DNA of 64,000 nt, taken from Diadema antillarum. Its lineage: Eukaryota. Made by a program: the position numbers and the translations under genes. The notes beneath the pieces are model-generated. The model was not told where the DNA came from, searched no databases, and was given only the letters and a program-made list of their open reading frames with translations. This document shows positions 38,101 to 48,446 of this stretch, one piece after another. The DNA is taken from contig NW_027271164.1 of assembly GCF_040938485.1 (NCBI RefSeq), positions 930,001 to 994,000 of the forward strand, read 5' to 3'. Within the stretch, counting starts at the first letter, position 1, and every line of letters starts with the position of its first letter.

Positions 38101-41100
38101 AGACAAGAGGTGATGCTAACAAGAAGACAGGAGGTGATGCTAACAAGAATAGATCAATTTCTACCATGGTGCGTCAATGTTGCAGGATCACAGACATTCA
38201 TAATTCAAAATCAGGGAGATTCTTAACAGCTTTCATTTCAGTAGCTACATAAAAAATTCCCAGATCAGGGAGGTTTTATATTCTTTTCTCAGGACTTGAC
38301 GAAAAATTAACTTTTCAGGAAGCCTCCAGCAAATCGGGCTTAGCAGGTGTAATCTCATTTCGATAGGATCAAAAATACAACAAAAACAAACAGGACTGCA
38401 GGTTCTCTATACATATGACATATCATAGGTTATCAAACGTAACAAGTTCTCCAGCTTCGAAAATTGGTTGAGACAGCTACGACATCCCCCATCCTTCAAG
38501 GAATTATAGTTGTATGTGAAGGTAACAACTAACACTGGTAGTTCAGGTTCAAAATAGTTTTGTATCGACTAGACTCCTTAAATGAAAAGAAAATGCAGAA
38601 TAGTGTAAGAGTACAGACTGTATACGCCGAATATTTCGCGAGGTTTTTATTTTCGCGAATTTCGCGTGTCAGGTGCTATTTGCGAAATTAAAAACACGCA
38701 AACATATTGACTCTGATCCCGATGTGAAAGTGACGTACGCGCGTACACTTCTCAGTTCAGTACAAGACTCCACGAACGCACATTTAACCACTCGCAAAAT
38801 CATCGGGAATTCCCGATTCGCAAAAATTTACACTCGCGAAATATATGGCATATACAGCATTTGCATCTCACAGCACCAGAGATCCTTCTTGTGGCACTCT
38901 GCCTCTACACAGCCAGTCCTCAAACCAGTTTAGCAGGCTCTAACCTTCTCTGACCTCTGTCCCAGCCATTTTTTTTTTTTCCTCCATTGGGATTCCCACC
39001 TGGGAGAAGAGTAATCCAGTCACTGTGTGTACTAACCTGGGATGTTCCTGAAGGCCCTTGTGATGCCGTTGTCTTGATCGTAGATGACGAGGGGACCCAG
39101 ACGGCGCACGTATCTCCTGTTCCTCATCTTTCCCTTCCCTGCACGCATGCGCCGTGACTTGTAGACCTGATCAAAAATCATAAGAAGGCTGAACACTTGC
39201 ATGCGATACGAATGACTGATCACATGCCAGGACTGCTATCATACATATACGTAGTCTTGCAATGCTTACACATAATGATTCAAGTAATTTAATCAATTTG
39301 TCATAGATGTGTAATTAGATGTTTTGCATGTTAATACCTCAACAGGAGATGGATACTCAATTAATATTGATGGGGGACTACATCCCTCCTTCATACTAGA
39401 CTCATGACTGCAAAATCTAACCACCCACCTTCTTGATGTCTTCCCACGCCTTGAAGCGCTTGAGGAAGTACACGGCTTCCTTGGTCTTCTTGAAGTCTTG
39501 GACCTTGTCGCTGACCACAAGGGGTACTTCTGGGGTTCCCATGATCATGTGTCCTGTAGTCACACAGATTAAGGTTGAGGCACAAGTAAATATCATATCA
39601 TATGGCAATTACAAATAACATTGTCCCGGCAAGAAACAAATCAAATGAATATTTGCATACTCAAAATTTCCCTTTGCTACATTACCCCCTCTGATATTTC
39701 TCATGTAACTCACATTTAATCAATGAGTATTCTTAGTATTTTGATTTAATTTTTCTCTAGCAGGTGACCAGAATACAGGAATATGTTTTGGTTGATCAAA
39801 ACCAATAACAATTTTCTGCATTTGTTTAAAAATAGTGGAATTCCTCAATTGTATTTGGTGTTCTTACAGTTTTGATAAAGCAAACGTGAAATCATAATCA
39901 AAAGAGCATGACACACAGCTGAATTCACCAACAAGTGGAAATTTGAAACAAAATTGTGTGCACAGATCAGAACTTCAGTGTTATCATGGTTCATCAGAAA
40001 CACGGACCTGAAGTGAATGTATCATCCTCTCTTGGCACACTAAGGAGTACTTGTACAAGTCCCTTTATTTCTTCATGAATTTGCAGGGGTCACATTATTA
40101 TACTCTTGAATTGGTGTTTGTCTGAATAGATCCTGAAGTAACAGAAAAAGATCTGAAAATTCTAGACTTCAAAGGTGGTGCATTAGTCAACACCACAATA
40201 CATGTATCAACCAATCATGTCAAAACATATCACAATAAGCCACTGCACGTGACCGAGGTATCTACATACAAACCATATTGGCTATCAATAGATTTCTTCT
40301 TCTACAACATAATCTCCTACTTGCAATGAAATAGATGATACTCTCATCCTGACCCTTGACTCTCACTGGATTTTCATCATCATTATTAGAATATTGTTAA
40401 GTTACAATTTACACACATTCCAAATGTGACAGTTTTTACAAGGCACTTCAGCAAATAACTGTAATAAGTATAGCATATATTGTAACAATTTTAACCAGAT
40501 GTTTAACCATATCTGTAATTATATTCTGCAAATATATATTGTCAGGCAGTGGTCTGACACACTTCCTAAAAAGATATAAGATGTGATCACAATCACATTC
40601 TGTAAGTATTTCAGTATATCAAATGACACTAAGATTTCCCAAAAAACACTTGGAAAAACTTGTGAACACGTACCCTTGGACATGACGAGGGCGGGGACTG
40701 CTGAGGCAGCGAGGGCGGAGCAGAGGGCAAAGCGTTTCTGCTGGATGTTGGTGCGGCAGTGCCAGCGGCGCCAGATCTTGGTGGGGGCAAACATCCGTCC
40801 ACCTCGGCACATATTGCCGAAGGCTCCCTGGCCGGAGCGGTGGGTACCACCACCCCTGACTCGGGGGATACGGGCCACAGCGCGGCCGGTACCCCAGGAC
40901 TCAGCACTGGTTTGGTGACCTGAAATCCATTACATAATTTCCTTTTGTTACACAACAACCAAGTAAACACTTGACTTTTTTCCTTGTATTGATAGCAAAT
41001 CTGAAAAACAAGTGAGATTTATCATTAAAAATCAAAGACAGACATAATTCACATACAGAATTCATGTGCAAATATATCCTGTAAGCATTTCTAGCACAAT

Positions 41101-44100
41101 AACAGGGATACTCTGTAGAATGCATAAATCAGTACTTCACTAAAATCAAGGTCATTCAGAAACACGGACCATGAAGTGGAGTATCATCACAGCACAGCAT
41201 CACAAAATAAAGTTGCTGGTAAACAACAACAAAACTGGTCACACAACTTTTTTTATTCTGTCCTGATTTGATGACAACACCTTGCCTTCTCCAACAAAAA
41301 ACTCAAACAAACTAAACAACCCAACTTCTCACATAGACTAGACGGTTATAATACCCATTAAGTCCTAAATGAAAATTAACTCATATAATAATAAAAACTG
41401 ACAAACTTTACAAAGCCACAGCAGTTGAGTTGGTTCTACCTAGTTATACACTGTGACTATTTGACTCTTATTTAAATCCCCTATTCATGTGGCACAAATA
41501 GTCAAGTACACGAGAGTTTACGTCAATTGCTTAAACATGCAAGTCTATTAAGTCTGGGTTCCAAAGACTGAATAACAAACTTTTGTGCAATGCTCCATCA
41601 TTCAGTTTACCCTAACTTTATTTAATGAGAAAATTATGATGATGATTAACAAAAACCAAATGGACTGGATGTCTGACTGCAGCTTCCTAATCTTAACAGT
41701 AAGTACAAAGTAAATAGCCAAGCTCTACTCCATCTACAGTACATACCAGCGATCTTCTTGACAGCATACGGCTGGCGGCTGTTCTTCCTCATGTTGGTGT
41801 GGGCATAGTTGACTATGTCTGGCCTGATGGGGGCCCTGAACACAGCTGGGAGGGTGACATTGGTTCCACTGACCTCGTTCTTCTCATTGTACACTGTGAC
41901 AAGTGGTCTTGCTGCTGCAACAGCCTAGAATACAAAGAGAAATAAAAAATGATCTTCACTATCACAAAGCAACATCAGTGCTTGCTGTACCAAAATAGAA
42001 CATATAAGAAATGCCAGGGTACCCACTGTGTCACACCAAGTTGTTCTACTATTACAAGTACTTGTAAAACATAACGTGATGTGAAGATGTGTTCATTGTT
42101 GGAACTGCATATAATGATTAGTCCTTGCAAGAACTTACATACAATGCAGATCTTTCCTGGATTTCAAATAAAGGATGAACATGTGTTCACAACCTGATTA
42201 AATCTCTGAACAGAGCTGTACAGGAATAATATGTCTTGCCAGTAAACTATGCCATGTTCATGCATGATACTATCCTATTCCCTATTTGCTCTGAAGTATA
42301 TAGAAAACTCCTTCAAGTTGGCAATCAAGGGCAGGGTTTACTAGAGGCCACGCACAATCATGACCTGGAAAGATACTTACAGATATCTCAGGTTACAGAA
42401 ATGTATGGTTCCGTGTTTTAGCCTCTCTAAACTATGCCACTGTGAACAAACTATGACCACCAGTTAGCATCTAAGTTCTGAAATACTGTAAAAGTCAATA
42501 TTTTCATGTGATTGATTTTTTGCACTGAGCGACTCTAAAACATATCCGTGCCCCGTGGGTTCTTGTTCGTGCTGCCCCAATTGTCAACCAATTCAAAATG
42601 TGCACAGAAAATTGTGAAGATATTTACGCGGGTTTTAGAATTCGCACTAGCCAGAAGTAGCACACAATTGATGAAAATTAAAGGACAAGTTCACCTTCAT
42701 AAACATAAGGATTGAGAAAATGCAACAATATTAGTAGAACACATCAGTGAAAGTTTGAGGAAAATTGGATAATCGATGCAAAAGTTATGAATTTTTTAAA
42801 TTTTTGTGTTGGAACCGCTGGATGAGGAGACTACTGCAGCTTGTGAGTCATATGCGTACAACAGTACAAAGAAAATATAAAAGAAAATTCAACATATTTT
42901 CACTTTTTTCGCATAATAAAAGAGCAATTGACTTGCCTCTTTCTAAAGGCAGGGGGAATAATATTACCCATAACATTTATCGGTAACGAGTCAGGGGAAT
43001 GTGTACTTTTTTCAAAAGATGGAATTTTGTGAAATTCTCTTTATATTTTCCTTATATTGTTGTACGCATGTGACATCTAAGTTATTCATACACTGCAGTA
43101 GTCTTCTCATCCAGCGGGTACTGCACAAAAACTTCAAAAATTCATAACTTTTGAACGGATTGTGTGATTTTCCTCAAACTTTCAATGATGTGTTCTACTA
43201 ATATTGCTACATTCTCTCAATCCTTATGTTTATGAAGGTGAACTTGTCCTTTAATGAAGACATGTACTGTGAAAATGTTTGCATTTACACAGTAATGGCC
43301 ATACTTAGGTGGGTCAGCTTATCACACTGAACAGTCAGTGTGTCCATTTTGGCAAATAGACATCTCTACCATACATATTGCAAAATGCATGCAGAAATCA
43401 CGAGCACCACCAATGTGACCAATTCGCTTCTTGCTCACTACTCCCTAGTGAAGGCTGTAAACGAATGTGCGTTAGGCCCAATCAAAGATAGTAGAGATAA
43501 CAAGATACGAAGGCGCGCGATAAAAATGGACACAAATTGGCTACCCTACATGATGATACAAAAGAGAGCTAAGTACAAACTCAGTACACCTAGGAACATC
43601 ATTCATTTCCAAAGGTAGTGGTATTTTTACAGTATTATCTTAAAAAGATTTAAAAATTATAGTCGTAGCTATTTTTCGATTAAGGGAATTATTTTGAAGA
43701 ACGAGATTTTAAAGTAATAAGGATTATTTCGTGGAGGTAAAAATTTGGCAACAACATGATCTCACAATCAAAGACGCTTGATAAACAACAATATCTTCAA
43801 AGACATCGCGTCTCAGGCAAAGATGCACATAACCTGAGACGCGCTGTCCCTGAAGCCGCTGCTGTTGTTTATCAAGTGTCAAGACAGCGCGTCTCAGGTG
43901 ACGTGCGTAATACGCATGAGGACCGCCACTGTCCATTAGTTTTGTACAGGATTAGCGCGCACTTTCGTGTCTTATTAGTTAAGCCTCTTTGGGCCCAATC
44001 TTAAAGTTAAATTAGCCAGCCACTGAGAGTCGGATCCAGAATAAGCTGGCATCCAGAACACTATTCTCAGTATCTGCCGAACGTACAGCGTACAGGCTAC

Positions 44101-45238
44101 TATATCTTATGGCCAGTTAGTTTGCAATAATGATGTGTGTGTCGCCTCGCATCCCTAAACCTCTCAATTGCTGGAATAGGAACTCTGGAGACCAGTTTCG
44201 CATCCACGTAGGCCTAGACCCTTCTATAATATGCGACGTGTCACACTTCGTTACGTCAAGAAATCTTCGCTCTCAGTCCACACTTCTGTTGTACTCCCCC
44301 AGAATATCAACACAATTTTACGGTGCAAGATCTTTTCAACTAACAGCAGCAGAGTTACGGAACAAATTATTATCATTATTACTATTATTTATAGTCCTGC
44401 GCTTTTCCCACAAGGCCCAAAGCACTTACAATCAATTCAAAACATATACGACAGTATGTGTAATTGGATAAAATGTTACAGCTACAAACTAGTTGCTACT
44501 AAAAAGATGTGTTTTCAAGGCTTTTTTGAAAACACTGACTGATGGAGACTGTCTAACCTTAAGTGGTAAATTGTTCCAGTGCTTTGAAGCAGACACAGTA
44601 AACAGGGCTGCCAACCTTGAGTGAGAGTTTGGCGTGAGACACTGTGAGAGAGCGGAGCGACCTCCTGGCAAGCGCCTGGCGGCCTGCTGTGCGGCCGTAC
44701 ATACATACGTACTACGTACACAGTCAATGTATGTAAAGCGCGCGATGTAAAGCACACGTCATAGCCATACATGTACAGTAATTTGCCAGTACAAGCTACG
44801 CTCACGTGGTATAGGTAGAAACCAATCATAATCCAATAGCTCGTCTTTGTGCGCGAACCGAAAACGATTATTATTGGTTAAGCTTTACACGTACCCACGC
44901 GGGAAAATCTCGAAATTATGGGCTTGGGCATATCGATATTCGGAATATCAGAGAATTTAGAGATATAATAATTGTTGTAGTCATGTAAATTCCATTTTGG
45001 GGGTTTAGTGTGAGATTTCGTTTATCAGAGTGAGACAGTCAAAATTGGTTGAATTGCGCGAGTCTCACGCTCAATGCGTGAGAGTTGGCAGCCCTGCAGT
45101 AAATGTCCCATCATTATTATGAAGTTAAATTTAGGGCTCGAATAACTTTCTAGTACTTTAGTCAATAAACATAAGTGTATCGATATAGAGGGTAATTGTA
45201 TGGAGCATTTGGCTTGCCATAGACATTCGTGCGGTCAT
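35171..45238 (-). CDS. RPL4: 60S ribosomal protein L4 (uL4); exons 41747-41924, 40674-40919, 39429-39553, 39037-39166, 37931-38087, 37023-37269, 35171-35236, plus a tentative first coding exon 45218-45238
   Basis: Spliced exons 2-8 total 1149 nt with consistent phases. They encode [11 protein letters not shown]...[58 protein letters not shown] and [18 protein letters not shown], with a Lys-rich tail. The ATG exon is uncertain. Confidence 0.96.
35646..36077. mobile_element. MITE in RPL4 intron 7 with imperfect TIRs
   Basis: TACCCCTTTCAGTAC..CCAGGCCCGAGCTAA versus the reverse complement of the end, TACCCATTCAGTAAC..CCTGGCCCGAGCTAA. Confidence 0.55.
36126..36203 (-). ncRNA. SNORD18: C/D box snoRNA U18 (divergent copy), RPL4 intron 7
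   Basis: C box ATGACGA (36188-36194), guide GGTCCGTGTTA, D' TTGA, C' ATGATA, D box CTGA (36133-36136), terminal stem ATGCC-AGA/TCT-GGCAT. Confidence 0.8.
38618..38857. mobile_element. MITE in RPL4 intron 5
   Basis: TIR CTGTATACGCCGAATATTTCGCGAG versus the reverse complement of the end, CTGTATATGCCATATATTTCGCGAG. Confidence 0.7.
39963..40032 (-). ncRNA. SNORD18: C/D box snoRNA U18, RPL4 intron 3
   Basis: AGGATGA...TTCACTTCAGGTCCGTGTTT-CTGA...ATGATA...GTT-CTGA. The guide is complementary to the conserved 28S AAACACGGACC. Confidence 0.88.
41125..41194 (-). ncRNA. SNORD18: C/D box snoRNA U18, RPL4 intron 2
   Basis: GTGATGA-TACTCCACTTCATGGTCCGTGTTT-CTGA...CTGA; nearly identical to vertebrate U18 as recalled (TTCCACTTCATTGGTCCGTGTTTCTGA). 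Confidence 0.92.
42484..43294. mobile_element. TA-flanked MITE (TACTGT...ACAGTA) carrying a nested TTAA element
   Basis: TACTGTAAAAGTCAATATTTTC versus the reverse complement of the end, TACTGTGTAAATGCAAACATTTTC. Confidence 0.55.
42678..43254. mobile_element. TTAA-flanked MITE (Kolobok-like) with ~70-bp TIRs
   Basis: TTAAAGGACAAGTTCACCTTCATAAACATAAGGATTGAGA is matched in near-perfect inverse at ~43185-43254. Confidence 0.85.
44360..45130 (-). pseudogene. L2/CR1 ORF2 3' relic split by a hAT-like MITE
   Basis: DGTFTV|[31 protein letters not shown] is rejoined when 44603-45096 and one TSD copy are removed. Confidence 0.7.
44603..45096. mobile_element. hAT-like MITE with 7-bp TSD CAGTAAA
   Basis: TIR CAGGGCTGCCAAC / GTTGGCAGCCCTG; CAGTAAA at 44596-44602 and 45097-45103. 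Confidence 0.75.
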
Positions 45239-45309
45239 TTTTCAAACGAAGGCGGCGATGAATTAGGGAGCGCTGCAAAGAAGCGGAGGAAACCAGAAAA
45301 CAGGAGGAA

Positions 45310-45325
45310 ACAGTGGAAGAGGCGA
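45310..45325 (-). promoter_or_regulatory. Candidate TCT/5'TOP start of RPL4
   Basis: Minus-strand CTCTTCC (45321-45315) followed by a pyrimidine-rich leader. Ribosomal protein genes typically initiate in such motifs. Confidence 0.45.
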
Positions 45326-46596
45326 GTCAAAATATTTACTGAATAATCCTGTATATATTTTTTCCAGATTGGTTTGAAAACCAAGCTGGAAAAAATAATA
45401 ACCATTTTTATGCGGGGGGGAACTGGGTCGAAGTTGCGTTCAACCAAAATTATTGAAACCGTCGCAATAGCGTATGTATCAATGGTGTCTAAGAAGCAAA
45501 AAAACTGGCCCAGCAAATGTCATTACTATAAATGAGAAGTTTTTCGTGGAATTAGACATAACTGTGTTACTTGTCAGTCAATAGCACTAGCAGTGCACCT
45601 AACTTGAAATCACCCACCGTCTGTACAATGTCAATGGACAATACAAATGACAATGTTTCGATTGTTTGTTGCTGCCGTCACTTTTCGTCTCGTCTCCTCT
45701 CTCTCGTCTCTATTCCCAATTTCTATTAGCTCCTTCCTTCCATGCAGAGACCTTAATCTATTTTTTGTCATATGCGCTATACAAATACGATTTATTACTA
45801 TTATTCTTCTTCCAACACAACATTCCGTACTCCCGTATCAAAGCGGTAAGCTACTGTATGTTTTACGAGCACGTGCAGCTTCCTACCTACGCTATGCCTC
45901 TATGTAATCAGCCCTTCGCACGCGCACTGTACGGTGTGTGCGACCATGCACACCATGACTGCATAGCCTCTGAATGTATGTCTTCGTGGCGAAAATGAAT
46001 GAAGCAGATATATATTCAATCACTGATTTAAGGAACTTTGCCTTTCAGAACGCACGTAATTAATATGCTTTTTATGAATGATGTATTCTGTTCAACTTTT
46101 AATGTGATGTTCTACTTATTTGATTCAAGTTTTCTTACCATATTGACTGTTTTTTGCCGGCAGTCTCTGCACGAAATTGTCACGCGAGCTGCCACAGGCG
46201 AAAAGATCGTCCAGAACGAAATTCAGTGATAAGTCGGAAAGGACTGGAACTATATTACACAATTTTTATTTTAAGCCTTAAAATTGTATTCTAGAGTCAT
46301 ATAACAAAATCATCAATAAATTTCTAAACTAATTTTGGATTTGAATAGCATTTTTCTTCTTGAATAACGAAATTGACTGGAATATCTTTTGAACTATTTT
46401 CTTAAAAAAGTAAACGCATAGATTCTAGGCGGTAAACAGTCTGCGCAGCACGATTGGGTATGATAATTCATATATTTCTGTCCACCGACACAAAGTCCGC
46501 GTACATGAATAGGTTGAGTGATAACGAATATCCGCTGCTTGTATCGTCAGTAGCTGTTATGGACAGGTGGTCAACAGCCTGACCCGCAGTACTGTA

Positions 46597-46887
46597 CAGG
46601 GGCCGGGGGGGGGGGGGCTGGGGGGCTGCAGCCCCCCCCCCCACTTTTGGATCGTGAAAAAAAAAAGAAGGAAAGGGGAAAAATCAGGGGAAAAGTCACA
46701 CTACCCGAATTTCTCACAAAAAGTGTGCTTCAGATCGCTTTATCTTGATTTTAAAAACGCAAAAGCTCCGTCGAGTGGGGGGGGGGGGAGGGGGGGGGGG
46801 GAGGGGGGGGGGTGACCTTGAGACACTCCCCCCCGGCTGCCCAGCCCCCCCCCCCCCCCAAACTGAAAAACGTTCCCGCGGCCCCTG
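46597..46887. mobile_element. hAT-like MITE with 5-bp TSD CTGTA and poly-G/poly-C tracts
   Basis: TIR CAGGGGCCG / CGGCCCCTG; CTGTA at 46592-46596 and 46888-46892. Confidence 0.75.
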
Positions 46888-46911
46888 CTGTAGGCCCTAA
46901 TCAAGTACCTA

Positions 46912-47403
46912 TTAAAGAAGAAATCTATGCCTTTTTTTAAATCAATTTAATAAGAAAAAGCAAAAAATCTCTTCAGAACACTGCAAAAATAATAAATAAT
47001 AATCAATAATCAAATAATCGGCTAAGAAATAAGAAAGTTATGACATTTTAGAATTTCAAAACTTTTCGGAAAACACTTCTTAATCAGTCATCATGCCACG
47101 ATCAGCAAGTTGATGATGTCATGCTCACAATTTCTTATTCATTTCATAAAGAAATAACAAAAATCTCATATTTCAACTATATTCAATTATATACAACTTG
47201 ACTTCATCAACTCGCTTATTTGAATCTTCATGAGGACTGTATACATATGGTCAAAAATTGTTTTCTGAAAAATTGTGAAATTTCAAAATGTCAGGCTTTC
47301 TTTATTTTTTATCTAATTTTTTGTCATTTTTGCAAGTTTGTAGGGAATTCTTTTCCCTATGCTTTTCCAGGTTAGTTATTTTTGGAGTGGATTTCCTCTT
47401 TAA
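46912..47403. mobile_element. TTAA-flanked MITE (Kolobok-like)
   Basis: TTAAAGAAGAAATCTA versus the reverse complement of the end, TTAAAGAGGAAATCCA. Confidence 0.65.
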
Positions 47404-47821
47404 TTGATATTGCGATATGATCACTCATAGTAGGCCTTACGGCGTGCCAGTTACCATTTGATAGCATTTTAGCATCTCACGATTATGATTTTACTGATCA
47501 AAATATTAAACAGAAGTCATTACATCGTATTTTTCAGTCAAAATATAGCACCCAAGAAACACGTACGTATACTGCATCCGTGAAAAGGAAGAAGAAGTTA
47601 AAGGAGGAGTAAAGGAAAAGAATGAAAAATGAAAAAGGAGAATTAAAAGAAGGAAGCAAGATGTAGATGAAGAAAAAAAATAGGAAAGGACTGCATCAAG
47701 AAAAGAAGAGAGAGGAAAGAGAAGGAAGACAAGAATCAGTTAAAGCAGATAGTTAAATAGAATTAACCTTTAGTGAAAAAAAATCCCGAGTGGCATGATC
47801 CAGAGGCATAAATAATTCAAG

Positions 47822-47878
47822 ATCCAAGTATCCAAGTATCCAAGTATCCAAGTATCTAAGTACAGTATCAAGTATCCA
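47822..47878. repeat. 8-bp tandem repeat (CCAAGTAT)n
   Basis: About four intact units followed by degenerate ones, seen directly. Confidence 0.85.
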
Positions 47879-48446
47879 ACCCCGGACCCCTTTCTTCTTC
47901 TTTCTGTACTGTGCAGATACCACAGTACTCGTACACTTTGAATGGAAGTTATCATTTCAGCGCTTGCGCTACTCGCTTCGTACTTTTGAGCTGCGCACAC
48001 AAATATATTGTTACAGTGAAGAGCATCTACACCCGCGCGAAATTTGGGTTCTTGCTTTTAGGCGACGGTGCTGTAATCAGCGAGAGCCGCTGCGACGGAG
48101 CCCCTAGACCGGCCCTTTACCGACCCGCGACCGACCGGTAGACCACGCACTGCCTACCGACTACCGGCAACATCTGAACATCGACGACAGTAATTATACT
48201 CTATCTAAGTAAACCTGCACCAATTGCTGTGAACTGATGAGCAACGTCATCAAGGCCCAAGGGTCTACGTCTGATCCAGTATATTTCGCCTTCCAAGTGG
48301 GAGGAATTATAAAGAGTAATTTAAACGAGTAATTTTTGTAGGCCCAATCTACAAACAATCAATTTCCGAGCGAGGAAGCGGTATCGCGGTAAGGACACGA
48401 CAAGCAGGGCACTTCACTTGCGATCGGTGGGGTAAAAATCTTAGTG

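Noticed and set aside
43540-43570. Alternative RPL4 first exon at CTCTCTTTT...ATG
   Set aside because: The ATG is followed by TAG, and the available donor gives the wrong frame with the exon 2 acceptor.
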